A DNA stretch of 62,714 nt from Thermoplasmata archaeon (GTDB taxonomy: Archaea > Thermoplasmatota > Thermoplasmata > Thermoplasmatales > ARK-15): the NCBI GenBank assembly GCA_023261755.1, contig JAGDXS010000005.1, positions 1 to 62,714 on the forward strand, in the 5' to 3' direction. Every line of letters starts with the position of its first letter. Position 1 is the stretch's first letter. This document shows positions 20,521-30,264 of this stretch, one piece after another. The position numbers and the translations under genes are program-made. The notes beneath the pieces are model-generated. The model saw nothing but the letters and a program-made list of their open reading frames with translations. It had not been told where the DNA came from and searched no databases.

Positions 20521-21290
20521 TCCAGCAGATCCTCAATTCTCTTTCTTTCTTTTCCAGAAAGATCCTTTTTTTCCATAATTAGATATTTGGCGTTGCATTT
20601 TTCCTTCATCTGTAAAAGCATTTCCAAATCGATTTTTTCTGCTGCATATTTAGGTGCCATGTGACCAAAAGAAATCTTTTTTGTTAGAGCTAATTTTGTG
20701 AATCTAGGAGTATAGTGGCCCCCACCAATTCCTATGGCAATTTCATCATTAGTTTTTTCTGTTTTAATTATCGTCTCTGCAATAATTTTTCCTGAATTTT
20801 GATCATTCCATTCTTCATAATTGCTTCCAATTTCTATAAAAAAAGTAGGTGTTGATAAATATGGTCCATGGTGCGTGGCTTCGTAGGAAATATTGTAATT
20901 TATATCCTTTCCAATCTCATTTAATTTTAACAAAGCTCCGGTCATGTAATTGGCATTCACACTTACTAAAGTTTTGTCTTTACCTCCTAAATCCGCTCGG
21001 CCAAAATTTCCAATTGGATGAACAGTAAGGCTTCTCATCCCAGATTCACTTCTGTGCTTTGAAGCTACTATTATATTTTCAAAATTAATGCTTAAGCTAT
21101 TTTTTATTTTGATATCTATATTCTCTGCCCTTACCTTTTCCTGATCTATTATGATTACATAGAATTTATTGAATTTATAGTATTCATTATTCTCGAATTT
21201 ACCCAAATATTCGAAATTTACTAAATTTTTTAGATTATTTAATATGTTCAATGATGCATCGTCATCATTTGAAAATAAAATTAGATCCAT
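20469..21290 (-). CDS. dtdA: Archaeal D-aminoacyl-tRNA deacylase
   Basis: SKHRS, LTVHPIGN, EATHHGP, FIEIGS, GGGHY. Confidence 0.9.
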   Translation of the reverse strand: MDLILFSNDDDASLNILNNLKNLVNFEYLGKFENNEYYKFNKFYVIIIDQEKVRAENIDIKIKNSLSINFENIIVASKHRSESGMRSLTVHPIGNFGRADLGGKDKTLVSVNANYMTGALLKLNEIGKDINYNISYEATHHGPYLSTPTFFIEIGSNYEEWNDQNSGKIIAETIIKTEKTNDEIAIGIGGGHYTPRFTKLALTKKISFGHMAPKYAAEKIDLEMLLQMKEKCNAKYLIMEKKDLSGKERKRIEDLLDQAGLELIDSDSLPDRP

Positions 21291-21386
21291 AATCAGGCAT
21301 GATTTTTTTCTTATTTAAATTATGGTATTTTAAAGATTAATTTTAAATATTTGTATGATATTTGTCATACAAAGAGGTGACTTTTA

Positions 21387-21929
21387 ATGAAAGAATCACA
21401 GTTCGCTTTAAACATTTTATTGGGATTTCTTCTATTAGGCCTATTATGGTGGCTACCTATTTTCGGACCAATGATATCAGGTTATGTGGTTGGAAAAAGA
21501 AGTGAAAGTGCGAAAATGGGTGCATTAATTTCAGCAATTCCTGCAATTACAATTTTTCTAATCGTATTTTCAGTAAAACAGGGTTATTTGTATATTCCAC
21601 ACCTTTATTTGAAGGCTCCCTGGGACTTTTCAGGCCTTGTTGTTTTTATTTTTAATTCAGTAAATACATTCACTTTAATACTTAATAATTATATTTATTT
21701 TATACATTACGCTCCCCCTTACTTTGTTATTATGATAATCTTCGGAATCATTGGAGGATCTTTAGCTAAAAAAGAGCCAGAACAGAAAAAATTTAGGAAG
21801 AATGTTGAAAATAAACTAAAGCATGAATATGTCCAGGTACCAAAGCAAAGCCCATTGATTAAAAGAGCTATTAAGGAAAAGAAACATAGTTCTAAAGAGA
21901 TAGATGATGAAATTCCAGAATACATGTGA
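21387..21929 (+). CDS. Hypothetical membrane protein
   Basis: LPIFGPMISGYVVG motif, 3-4 TM segments, charged C-terminal tail. Confidence 0.7.
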   Translation: MKESQFALNILLGFLLLGLLWWLPIFGPMISGYVVGKRSESAKMGALISAIPAITIFLIVFSVKQGYLYIPHLYLKAPWDFSGLVVFIFNSVNTFTLILNNYIYFIHYAPPYFVIMIIFGIIGGSLAKKEPEQKKFRKNVENKLKHEYVQVPKQSPLIKRAIKEKKHSSKEIDDEIPEYM

Positions 21930-21962
21930 AAAATCTTTAAATAATTTTTTTATTTTTAATTT

Positions 21963-22532
21963 ATGAAAAATCAAATCAGGGCAATAGGTATTGATGATTC
22001 ACCCTTTAAAAGGTATAACAAGAGAACACATATAATTGGAACAATCATGAGATATGCAAATTATATTGAAGGTATTTCAATAGAAAACATTAAAGTTGAT
22101 GGGAATGATTCAACTGAAAAAATTTTAAAAATTTTAAAAGGTAAATTTAATAAACAAATAAAAATTATATTTTTGAGCGGAATAACATTTGCAGGATTTA
22201 ATATTGTCGATATTGAATCAATTTATGATGAAATGAAAATTCCTGTAATTACTGTAACTAGAAAAAATCCGAACTTTGAAAAAATATATTCTGCGCTAAA
22301 AAAATATTTTGATGATTATGAAAAAAGATATGAATTAATGACAAAGTATAAAATTTATAGAATGGATTTTGAAAATTATAAAATATATTCACAGTTCGTA
22401 GGTATCGATTTAAAGGATGCTAAAAATATTATCAAAAAATTTACAATAAGGGGCAATATACCTGAACCTATAAGAATTTCACACATGGTTGGAAGCGCAA
22501 TTAAATTCGGTTGTTCAAAGGGGAAAGCTTAA
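21963..22532 (+). CDS. DUF99/UPF0215 endonuclease V-like protein
   Basis: GIDDSPF, VDGNDST, GITFAGFNIVD, IPEPIRISH. Confidence 0.88.
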   Translation: MKNQIRAIGIDDSPFKRYNKRTHIIGTIMRYANYIEGISIENIKVDGNDSTEKILKILKGKFNKQIKIIFLSGITFAGFNIVDIESIYDEMKIPVITVTRKNPNFEKIYSALKKYFDDYEKRYELMTKYKIYRMDFENYKIYSQFVGIDLKDAKNIIKKFTIRGNIPEPIRISHMVGSAIKFGCSKGKA

Positions 22533-23068
22533 TATGAATCCAATGAACTGAATCTTGATTCTCTCCTTTTTTCTGCAAGGAATTTATATATTGTTGAATG
22601 CTTACTTCCCTGCAAAAGCATTTCTATGGATTTTCTTGCTATTTCCATTTCTTCGTAATTACCTATTATTGAAACAGTGTTTCCATATACAGATATATAT
22701 GTTCCTGTAAAATCTTCAATAGTTTTTCTAGCTTTACCCTCAGTCCCTATAATTCTACCCCTGGCTATTCTTATTCTGTTCTCCTTCTTGCCATAGTAAT
22801 CCTTCAGGTCTATTATTTCAAATATTACATCATCTTCCCAGAGCCTAAAGGCCCTTTTAGGTGAAAAGCCCCTACCAATTGCCTTTACAACCTGCTCTGC
22901 TTTTAAGGAGCTTACAGCATCCGTCTTCGTATCATCAATAATTACCTCCCCCGATTCAGAATCTATTGTTAGTTTCACATTTGCAGTCCTTTCAATAGAT
23001 TCTTTCGTCTCCCCATCTTTTCCTATTAATGCACCTATTCTTGCCTTTGGAATTGTTTGGTATTTCAT
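22529..23068 (-). CDS. KH-domain rRNA-processing protein (Dim2/Pno1 family)
   Basis: RIGALIGKDG, KAIGRGFSP, GRIIGTEGK; ATG at 23068 overlaps the RIO1 stop (ATGA). Confidence 0.9.
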   Translation of the reverse strand: MKYQTIPKARIGALIGKDGETKESIERTANVKLTIDSESGEVIIDDTKTDAVSSLKAEQVVKAIGRGFSPKRAFRLWEDDVIFEIIDLKDYYGKKENRIRIARGRIIGTEGKARKTIEDFTGTYISVYGNTVSIIGNYEEMEIARKSIEMLLQGSKHSTIYKFLAEKRRESRFSSLDSY

Positions 23069-23841
23069 CCAAACAACCTCCATTCTATACCATCTAGCAT
23101 GTCTTTTTCATTTATCTTCAAACCGTGCTTATTAAAAAACCTTACTATATTCTTAACATCTCTTAATAAAAGTTCTCTTGAATTTGGATGCTTTACTGGA
23201 AGTGCTTGTGAAACATCTATAATGTATGGCTTTTCTTTGAAAAAGACTATGTTGTATTCACTTAAATCACCATGAACTAAATTTGCAATGTTCACCATTC
23301 TTATTAGATTGTCCCTAATTTCATAAAAGGTTTTTTCTAAATTTTCTATGGAAGCATCCTTAAGAATAGGAGCAATGTTCGTCTTTGTTCCTAGATATTG
23401 CATTAAAATTACATTTTGTTTAAATGTAATGGGTTTTGGAACATTGACTCCAGCCTCAAAACAATCTGTTAAATTTCTAAACTCCTTTTGTGCCCATATT
23501 GAAATTAATCCTGATTTAGTTCTCTTTATGTGCTCAAATCTGTAATCTCCTTCTATGTATTTTATAATAGAGTTAAAATTCAATGTTGATGTTCTGTATA
23601 TTTTCAATGCATAATATCTTCTTCCTTTTTTAACTCTGAAAATATTCGCTTCCTTCCCTATTTTTATAGGAAAATCAATAATGTCCATGTAACCGTGGGA
23701 AAATAACTCGTATATGATCATCACAGTTTTTCTGTCAAATACATCTTCTTCTGCTTTTCTCTTCTCATAATCATTTTCAATCCTTTCATATTTAATCCTT
23801 TCATTTAAGAATTCATAAATATTTTCTAAATTATCATTCAT
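23065..23841 (-). CDS. rio1: RIO1-family protein kinase
   Basis: GKEANIF, ALKIYR, WAQKEFRNL, LVHGDLSEYNI, IIDVSQA. Confidence 0.92.
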   Translation of the reverse strand: MNDNLENIYEFLNERIKYERIENDYEKRKAEEDVFDRKTVMIIYELFSHGYMDIIDFPIKIGKEANIFRVKKGRRYYALKIYRTSTLNFNSIIKYIEGDYRFEHIKRTKSGLISIWAQKEFRNLTDCFEAGVNVPKPITFKQNVILMQYLGTKTNIAPILKDASIENLEKTFYEIRDNLIRMVNIANLVHGDLSEYNIVFFKEKPYIIDVSQALPVKHPNSRELLLRDVKNIVRFFNKHGLKINEKDMLDGIEWRLFG

Positions 23842-24161
23842 GCTTTTCCAAACACATCAAGAATTTCAGGAAGAATTTTATTTCTGCTCAAATATGATGT
23901 TTGGGTTGGTGTATACCTATAAACAATATCTGCCTTTTCATCCTGAAAATCCCAGGGTTTAATAATTACTAAATCACCCTCTTTAACCCAAATCCTTTTC
24001 TTTATTTTGCCGGGTACCCTGCATTGCCTAGATTTTCCATCTTCACACATTACTACCATTCTTGCAGCTCCCAACATTTTATCAACTATTCCAAACATTT
24101 CTCCATTATTCCGATTAGGTAAAGGTACCCTGCCTACTTTTTCTTCTTCATTATTATCCAT
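23838..24161 (-). CDS. eif1a: Translation initiation factor aIF-1A
   Basis: CEDGKSRQCRVPGKIKKRIWVKEGDLV, PWDFQDEKADIVYRY. Confidence 0.95.
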   Translation of the reverse strand: MDNNEEEKVGRVPLPNRNNGEMFGIVDKMLGAARMVVMCEDGKSRQCRVPGKIKKRIWVKEGDLVIIKPWDFQDEKADIVYRYTPTQTSYLSRNKILPEILDVFGKA

Positions 24162-24215
24162 ACAAATTCAAGACAATAATATTAATTTCATATATAAATC
24201 CTTTTGAAACTGCTT

Positions 24216-25052
24216 TCAATAATGAGGTTTCGTCTTTTCATAAACTTCCTTAAGAGCATCTTCATCTACATGGGTATATATTTGAGTTGTAGCTATGGTT
24301 GAATGGCCTAGAATTTGTTGAATAAATCTTATGTCTGCTCCGTTTTTAAGGAGAATTGTGGCAAATGTATGCCTTATTGTGTGCGGTGTTACTTTTTTCT
24401 TTATTCCAGCTTTTTGGGCATAATATTTTACTATCCTTTCAATATGTGTTGACGTTATTTTTGTACCTTTTTGGCTTATAAATAAGTAGCCTTCACTTCT
24501 TTTTTCTTTATTTAAATAATTTTTTATTATTTTTAAAACATTTTCGTCTATTGCAACTAGCCTATCCTTATCCCCTTTACCTGATCTGACGTGAATGAAA
24601 TTATCATAAAAATCTATATCCTCTATTTTTAATGAACTGAGTTCGCTTACCCTTAAACCTGAGTAAGCAAGTGTAAGCAATATTATATAATTTCTTTCAT
24701 TTTCTTTTGCTGCGTTTAAAATATTCGCCATCTCCTTTTCATTTAAATAGGATGGTAATTTTCTTGATCTTTTTGGGGCCTGCAATTTATACAGATCTTT
24801 AATTTTTAAATATTTAAAAAAAGATTGAAGTGCCTTCATAGTAATATAAATGGTTTGTTTACTGTAATTTTTTTCAATTGCCAAATATTCCTTATATTTA
24901 TCTATATCCTCCATTGTCACTTCTCTAGGATCCTTTTTTAAAAATTCTAAAAATTGTTTAATTAAATTTGTGTATTCTTTGACTGTGTTAATACTTTTCT
25001 TCTCACCATTAAGATAATTAGCAAATTTTTCCACATAATTTAGTTCTGTCAT
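24216..25052 (-). CDS. xerA: Tyrosine recombinase XerA
   Basis: SGLRVSEL, GKGDKDR, TPHTIRHTFAT, LGHSTIATTQIYTH; 278 aa; flanked by core genes. Confidence 0.88.
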   Translation of the reverse strand: MTELNYVEKFANYLNGEKKSINTVKEYTNLIKQFLEFLKKDPREVTMEDIDKYKEYLAIEKNYSKQTIYITMKALQSFFKYLKIKDLYKLQAPKRSRKLPSYLNEKEMANILNAAKENERNYIILLTLAYSGLRVSELSSLKIEDIDFYDNFIHVRSGKGDKDRLVAIDENVLKIIKNYLNKEKRSEGYLFISQKGTKITSTHIERIVKYYAQKAGIKKKVTPHTIRHTFATILLKNGADIRFIQQILGHSTIATTQIYTHVDEDALKEVYEKTKPHY

Positions 25053-25135
25053 CTTTTTGTCATATTATTTAATTCTTATATAAACTTTTTCATTAAAAAA
25101 TCACCATTTTTTTATATTTAAAATATATATATAAT

Positions 25136-25223
25136 TTTTTTCGTAAAAACTATATATCGATAAATTTTCAATCTTTTGTGAAGAATTTAAAAAATGGATC
25201 TATTTTAATTTATTACGAAAAAA
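25136..25223. repeat. 11-bp perfect inverted repeat upstream of xerA
   Basis: TTTTTTCGTAA (25136-25146) and TTACGAAAAAA (25213-25223), 66-bp spacer. Confidence 0.5.
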
Positions 25224-25315
25224 GGAATTTTGCTTAAAAATAATATAATAAAATATTTTTTTTATTCTATTATAATTTCTATTTTATTTTCTTTTATTCT
25301 CATAGCTAATTCAAT

Positions 25316-25663
25316 TTGGATTTACATAATATCAATTATTACTCTTTTTTTATTGCTTTTATCTTGATTTATCCAGATAAAGAAAAGGATACATTTTCAT
25401 ATTTAATTGTCTCATTGGTGGTAATTTTTTTAATAATAATCAATATTTTAATTACTCTAATTCTGTCCTTTTTATATGTTTTTTTGGTAGTAGAGCTTAA
25501 TTTATTTTATCCCAATCCAATTACTATTGAGGAAAAAATTTTAGACTTATTAATTATTTTAATATTTTCAGTTCCGTTCATTTCTTTGTTTGTAATTTAT
25601 TCTAAAGTTAATTTAGAAAAAATAGTAGATTCTTTAGAGAGTAATAGCCTTGAAAGTACGCAG
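25316..25663 (+). pseudogene. Possible remnant of a membrane-protein gene abutting the tRNA-Leu 3' end
   Basis: Hydrophobic ORF with a TTG start and no obvious RBS; the frame has no stop before running antisense through the tRNA (stop at 25774). Confidence 0.3.
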
Positions 25664-25748
25664 TGCAGGGGGAGGGATTTGAACCCTCGTAGTCCTACGA
25701 CACGGGATCTTAAGTCCCGCTCCTTTGACCTGACTCGGATACCCCTGC
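25664..25748 (-). tRNA. tRNA-Leu (anticodon TAA)
   Basis: GCAGGGG acceptor stem, anticodon arm CGGGA-CTTAAGA-TCCCG, long variable arm, GGTTCAAATCC T-arm; 85 nt, CCA not encoded. Confidence 0.95.
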
Positions 25749-25753
25749 AACAT

Positions 25754-26617
25754 CTATTGAAGTTTCTTTTTTAGTAGAGATGGTATATCCTGTGGATACG
25801 CTGCTACTTCAACGCCCGCTTCGTTCAATGCCTTAATCTTGCTCTCTGCTGTTCCTTTTCCACGAGTTATTATTGCTCCTGCATGACCCATTCTTTTTCC
25901 TGGTGGAGCGCTTCTTCCAGCTATGTATGCAACAACTGGCTTATGAAATTCAGATTTAATATATTCAGCTGCCTCTTCTTCTGCTGTTCCGCCTATTTCT
26001 CCTACTAAAACTGCAGCCTTAGTTCTTCTTTCATTTTTTAATTCCTTGAGTACGTCTGTAAAGCTCAGGCCTACTATTGCATCTCCACCTAAACCTATTA
26101 CAGTGCTTTCCCCCATGCCACTGTCTGTTATAGCTTTTACTATTTCATATGTCAATGTTCCGCTTCTTGAAATAACAGCAACATTTCCCTTTCTAAATAT
26201 GTGGTTAGGCATGATTCCTATTTTTGAATCAAATGGTACTGTTATACCAGGCCCATTTGGGCCGATCACTATAACCCCCTTTGTTTTGGCAACACTAATC
26301 ATTTCCAAGGAGTCATGGACAGGCACATGTTCGGTAAGAACATAAATTAACTTAATTCCTGCGTCTAATGCTTCATAAAAAGCATCCTTAACATAGGGAG
26401 CCGGTACACTTATCATGGTTGCATTTGGTTCAAGGTGTAATGTTTCTTCAACAGAATCAAATACTGGTATACCATTAACATTTTGCCCTGCTTTACCTGG
26501 AGAAATTCCAGCAACAACATTTGTACCAAATTTCACCATTTCATTTGCATGAAATGCTCCTTGATGGCCTGTTATTCCTTGCACTATTACTTTTGTATTT
26601 TTATTTATAAAAACCAT
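25754..26617 (-). CDS. sucD: Succinyl-CoA synthetase alpha subunit
   Basis: VIVQGITG, GPNGPG, SRSGTLTYE, GKRMGHAGA. Confidence 0.95.
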   Translation of the reverse strand: MVFINKNTKVIVQGITGHQGAFHANEMVKFGTNVVAGISPGKAGQNVNGIPVFDSVEETLHLEPNATMISVPAPYVKDAFYEALDAGIKLIYVLTEHVPVHDSLEMISVAKTKGVIVIGPNGPGITVPFDSKIGIMPNHIFRKGNVAVISRSGTLTYEIVKAITDSGMGESTVIGLGGDAIVGLSFTDVLKELKNERRTKAAVLVGEIGGTAEEEAAEYIKSEFHKPVVAYIAGRSAPPGKRMGHAGAIITRGKGTAESKIKALNEAGVEVAAYPQDIPSLLKKKLQ

Positions 26618-26618
26618 T

Positions 26619-27728
26619 TTAATGCACCCCTTTATAAATTTCTGCTACCTTAGCAACACCTTCAGGCATTGTTGCAAAGGCATCAATTCCATTGTCCTTC
26701 AGGATTTGCCTACCCTCTTCTTCATGGACACCATTTAATCTTACTACTATTGGTAAATTAATATTGTATTCTTTTTTTGCGAGTACGATTCCTTGAGCCA
26801 CAGTATCACATTTTGTGACACCGCCGAAAATATTTACGAATATTATCTTTGGCTGTGCTTTTAAAACTAATGGAAAGGCATTTTTAACAATATCCACGCT
26901 GTCCGTACCACCCAAATCTAAGAAATTCCTTGGTTTAAGGCCGTGGAGTAATAATGAATCAAGTGTAGCCATGGTAAGGCCTGCACCATTTGCAATAACA
27001 CCAATATCTCCATCCAATTCCACAAATGAATAATCCTGCATTTTAGCAATCCTTTCAAGATCCGTAAGATCATCAAGATTTACAGGAACATCCTTGTGCC
27101 TGAAAAGTGAATCTGAATCAACAATTACTTTTGAATCTGCAGCAATTATATTTCCCTCTTTTGTTATTACCAATGGATTAATTTCCACCAATTCACAATC
27201 GTATGTTTGGAATAAAGTGTACATATTTTTCAATAAATTAGATAATTGTTTTGATTGTTCGGAATTTAGATTTAATTTCTTTGAAACCATCTTTGAAAGA
27301 TAAGGTGAATATCCAATGAGTGGATCTATCCAATGCATATATATTTTAGATTCCTCAACAGTTTCAATTTCAACGCCACCCTCTGCGCTAGCCATTACAA
27401 GTGGCCTCTTTTTACCTCTATCTATTGTAATTGAAATATAAAGCTCCTTATCAATATTCAACTTCCTCTCAACAAGGATATATTTTACCTTTGATCCTTT
27501 AATTGTTTGGGAAAATAATTCTGTTGCTTTAGCTATTGCATCATTTTTGTTATCTGCAAATTTAATTCCACCTGCTTTTCCTCTTCCGCCTACAAGTACC
27601 TGCGATTTCAATGCTACTGGAAAAATGTCATCTCTTATTTCCTTCGGATCCTGTATTACATATCCATCTGGTACTGGTATACCAAATTTTTTAAACAACT
27701 CTTTGCCTTGGAATTCATACAAATTCAT
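26619..27728 (-). CDS. sucC: Succinyl-CoA synthetase beta subunit
   Basis: MNLYEFQGKELF, GGRGKAGG, EINPL, NGAGLTMATLD, NFLDLGG; GGTGA RBS before the ATG at 27728. Confidence 0.95.
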   Translation of the reverse strand: MNLYEFQGKELFKKFGIPVPDGYVIQDPKEIRDDIFPVALKSQVLVGGRGKAGGIKFADNKNDAIAKATELFSQTIKGSKVKYILVERKLNIDKELYISITIDRGKKRPLVMASAEGGVEIETVEESKIYMHWIDPLIGYSPYLSKMVSKKLNLNSEQSKQLSNLLKNMYTLFQTYDCELVEINPLVITKEGNIIAADSKVIVDSDSLFRHKDVPVNLDDLTDLERIAKMQDYSFVELDGDIGVIANGAGLTMATLDSLLLHGLKPRNFLDLGGTDSVDIVKNAFPLVLKAQPKIIFVNIFGGVTKCDTVAQGIVLAKKEYNINLPIVVRLNGVHEEEGRQILKDNGIDAFATMPEGVAKVAEIYKGVH

Positions 27729-27789
27729 GCACATTCACCTTTTCATGGTAAAGGAAGATTTATTAAATAAATTTTTCATCATCCCTTAG

Positions 27790-28062
27790 ATGGTTGTAAA
27801 GGATAAAATTGGAAGAAAAAGATACGTAATTGTATATAATACAGATAATCTAAGCGATATTCTAAAGCACATACATTTGAAATTCCATATGAATCTTAGG
27901 TTTATTTTAAAGCTTGGTCATTACTCCATAATAAAAATTCCACATTATGAAAAGAATAAATTCTTGGAATTATTAATGGAATTTAATGTTCCAACTATGA
28001 AAACAACAGGAACTTTAAAAAAGGCAAAGGAAATAATAAAAAATAAGGAGCTAGGGCACTAA
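27790..28062 (+). CDS. Short Rpp14/Pop5-family RNase P protein
   Basis: N-terminal RKRYVIV and C-terminal TTGTLKKA match the Pop5/Rnp2 termini. Confidence 0.6.
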   Translation: MVVKDKIGRKRYVIVYNTDNLSDILKHIHLKFHMNLRFILKLGHYSIIKIPHYEKNKFLELLMEFNVPTMKTTGTLKKAKEIIKNKELGH

Positions 28063-29127
28063 ATTTTTCAATTTTTCAAGGGCAATTTTCCTATCTGAAT
28101 AGTCAAGGCCTTCAAGCATTTTTTCTAAAAAAGATATGGATTCATCATATGCTTTTCTATCTACAGGTTTAGGCACTCCATCTTTACCACCTAGAGCAAA
28201 TGAATATTTTACAGGATCTTTCCAAGATGGCTCTTTACCAAAAATTATGTTACCAATATAGGCCAATGCCCTTACAGTGGAAGGACCAACATTTTTTAAT
28301 GAAATTAATTCTTCATAATTTTTGGGTTGAAATTCATAAATGGATCTTAAATTTTCCCAATTTATTTTCCAGGGCATTGTAAAATATTTCATATTATTAA
28401 AATAGTCAAGTGTCCTGATACTTTTATTTTCTTGAATAAATAAATTTATATATTTTTCTGGATTTTCTTTTGCTATTTCCAAGGAAATTTTTCTTGTATC
28501 TTCACTTTCCTTTGCTGTGAGGTCTAATACTTTATCTAAAATTAGATCTGATGCAATTCCGGAATGTGGTTCTTCAACAAAAGATTTGATGTCGCCAAGC
28601 CAATGGTATCGTCTTGCATACCTTGTATCTGAATTCATTCCCTGTTGAATTACAGCCCAATCACCTTTTTCCGTAATAATCATGGTATGGAAATAAAGGT
28701 TAAAACCATCCTGAATTAATGTATTATCTACCTTAGCACTAATTCTTGAAGCATATATTAGGTTATCAACATATTTATCATTAATAAAAGAAATTTCACC
28801 TAACCTTCTAATTTCATTGGGTGTATTTAATGATATCTTTCCCTTGCCACCAACTACCTTTATGCCAATATCACTTTTACTGAGCGCTTCCTTTATTGCT
28901 CCCATTAATACTGTTGTTGTTCCTGATGAATGCCAGTCAAAGCCTACTACCATGGAAAATGCTTGGAAAAAATATGGATTGGAGAGTCTCCTTAAAACTT
29001 CAGTTTTACCATACTCATCATTGATAATTGTTATAATGGAGCCAGATAACTTTACCATTCTAGGAAAAAGCCATTTGGGAGCATGACCGTAATGCAAAGG
29101 TAAATTCGCATAACCAGTTTTTTGCAC
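28051..29127 (-). CDS. DUF763 domain protein
   Basis: LPLHYGHAPKWLF, GFDWHSSGTTT, QQGMN, ARRYHW, GGKDGVP; start placed at GTG 29127. Confidence 0.88.
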   Translation of the reverse strand: MQKTGYANLPLHYGHAPKWLFPRMVKLSGSIITIINDEYGKTEVLRRLSNPYFFQAFSMVVGFDWHSSGTTTVLMGAIKEALSKSDIGIKVVGGKGKISLNTPNEIRRLGEISFINDKYVDNLIYASRISAKVDNTLIQDGFNLYFHTMIITEKGDWAVIQQGMNSDTRYARRYHWLGDIKSFVEEPHSGIASDLILDKVLDLTAKESEDTRKISLEIAKENPEKYINLFIQENKSIRTLDYFNNMKYFTMPWKINWENLRSIYEFQPKNYEELISLKNVGPSTVRALAYIGNIIFGKEPSWKDPVKYSFALGGKDGVPKPVDRKAYDESISFLEKMLEGLDYSDRKIALEKLKNLVP

Positions 29128-29161
29128 AAAAAAATAAGTTATTTTTAAAAGATAAATTTTT

Positions 29162-29731
29162 TCATTCATTAAATTTGTATTTGAAAATGCTAAATATAAT
29201 TATCCATATGGATAGAACAATCGCCTCCCCCATTTCAGGAATAGCTTTTCCATTTCCTAATGGAAGATCAAGTATTATGCCAAGGGCTAATATTCCCATT
29301 AATAACGTTGTCAATCCGAAGTATAATTTTGCCTTGAAATAATGAATGCTCATTATAACCATTGCTAAAGGGAATAAAAGAAAGAAACCGTATGAAAAAA
29401 TTAAATGCAGATTATAAGGTGAATGTTCTGTAAAAACACCTATTAATGAAAAAGATATTGACCCGATTATCATGATTATTAAAGAAATTTTAGAAATAAT
29501 ATCTTTTGTTTCTATTTCCTTCAAAATGAAGAATATTGCCAATATAATGCCTCCTATTATTAAAGTAGAGTTGAACAAAAATTGTGGAAAAGTACCGAAC
29601 AATCCAGCACCTATATCACTTAAATAATTATTTACCCATGAAAAATTATGTGAAAAGAGGGTAGATAAAGATACAAAGATAAGGGCATATAAAGATCCTA
29701 CCAAACCTAGAACATTGAAAATCTTTTTCAT
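29162..29731 (-). CDS. DUF998-family membrane protein
   Basis: FSWVNNYLSDIG, FNSTLI, LIGVFTE, AIPE; about five TM helices. Confidence 0.75.
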   Translation of the reverse strand: MKKIFNVLGLVGSLYALIFVSLSTLFSHNFSWVNNYLSDIGAGLFGTFPQFLFNSTLIIGGIILAIFFILKEIETKDIISKISLIIMIIGSISFSLIGVFTEHSPYNLHLIFSYGFFLLFPLAMVIMSIHYFKAKLYFGLTTLLMGILALGIILDLPLGNGKAIPEMGEAIVLSIWIIIFSIFKYKFNE

Positions 29732-29880
29732 ATATATTTTGCAATTAAATCAATATATATAAAATTTATTTTTAAAAAAACCTAAATTTTTTAAAAAATT
29801 TTAAAATGATTTCAAATTTATATGCTCTATATATTTTTTTAGAGAAAATTTTTTAAAATAGTTATTTTTACCATGTTAAG

Positions 29881-30264
29881 GTGGCAGATAATTTAGAAAT
29901 TATAACTCGAGAGACTCTTTTCAAAGTGTTATTTAAGGTACTTTCAAAAAAAGGAATGGATAAAAATGAAATTTATGAATTGACAGAATATGTTCTAAGT
30001 TTTTTTGGATTTGATGATTATCTTGTGGATAATATTCTTACTCCTTTAGATAGGGATATTTTTTATTATCTTGAAGAATGTGGCATTTTTAAGGCAGAAT
30101 CTATGGAAGTAAATTTGCTCAAGGGAAGGCAATGGAGAATACATTTTTGGACATACAGGAAAGATAACATACAAAAAATAATTGAAACTGAGGACAACAT
30201 TGAAATAGAAAATCCAGAAAAACTATATGAAAAAATATTTAATGAGCATGATGAAGTAAAATGA
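29881..30264 (+). CDS. DUF6015-like small protein (probably winged helix)
   Basis: VLSFFGFDDYLVDNILTPLDRDIFYYLEECG...GRQWRIHFW resembles the Thermoplasmata DUF6015 signature as I recall it (not searched). Confidence 0.7.
   Translation: MADNLEIITRETLFKVLFKVLSKKGMDKNEIYELTEYVLSFFGFDDYLVDNILTPLDRDIFYYLEECGIFKAESMEVNLLKGRQWRIHFWTYRKDNIQKIIETEDNIEIENPEKLYEKIFNEHDEVK

Noticed and set aside
24216-25748. Integrase next to a tRNA as an intact provirus or integrative element
   Set aside because: The recombinase looks like housekeeping XerA, is followed directly by aIF-1A/RIO1/Dim2, and no att duplication or viral/plasmid genes are visible.
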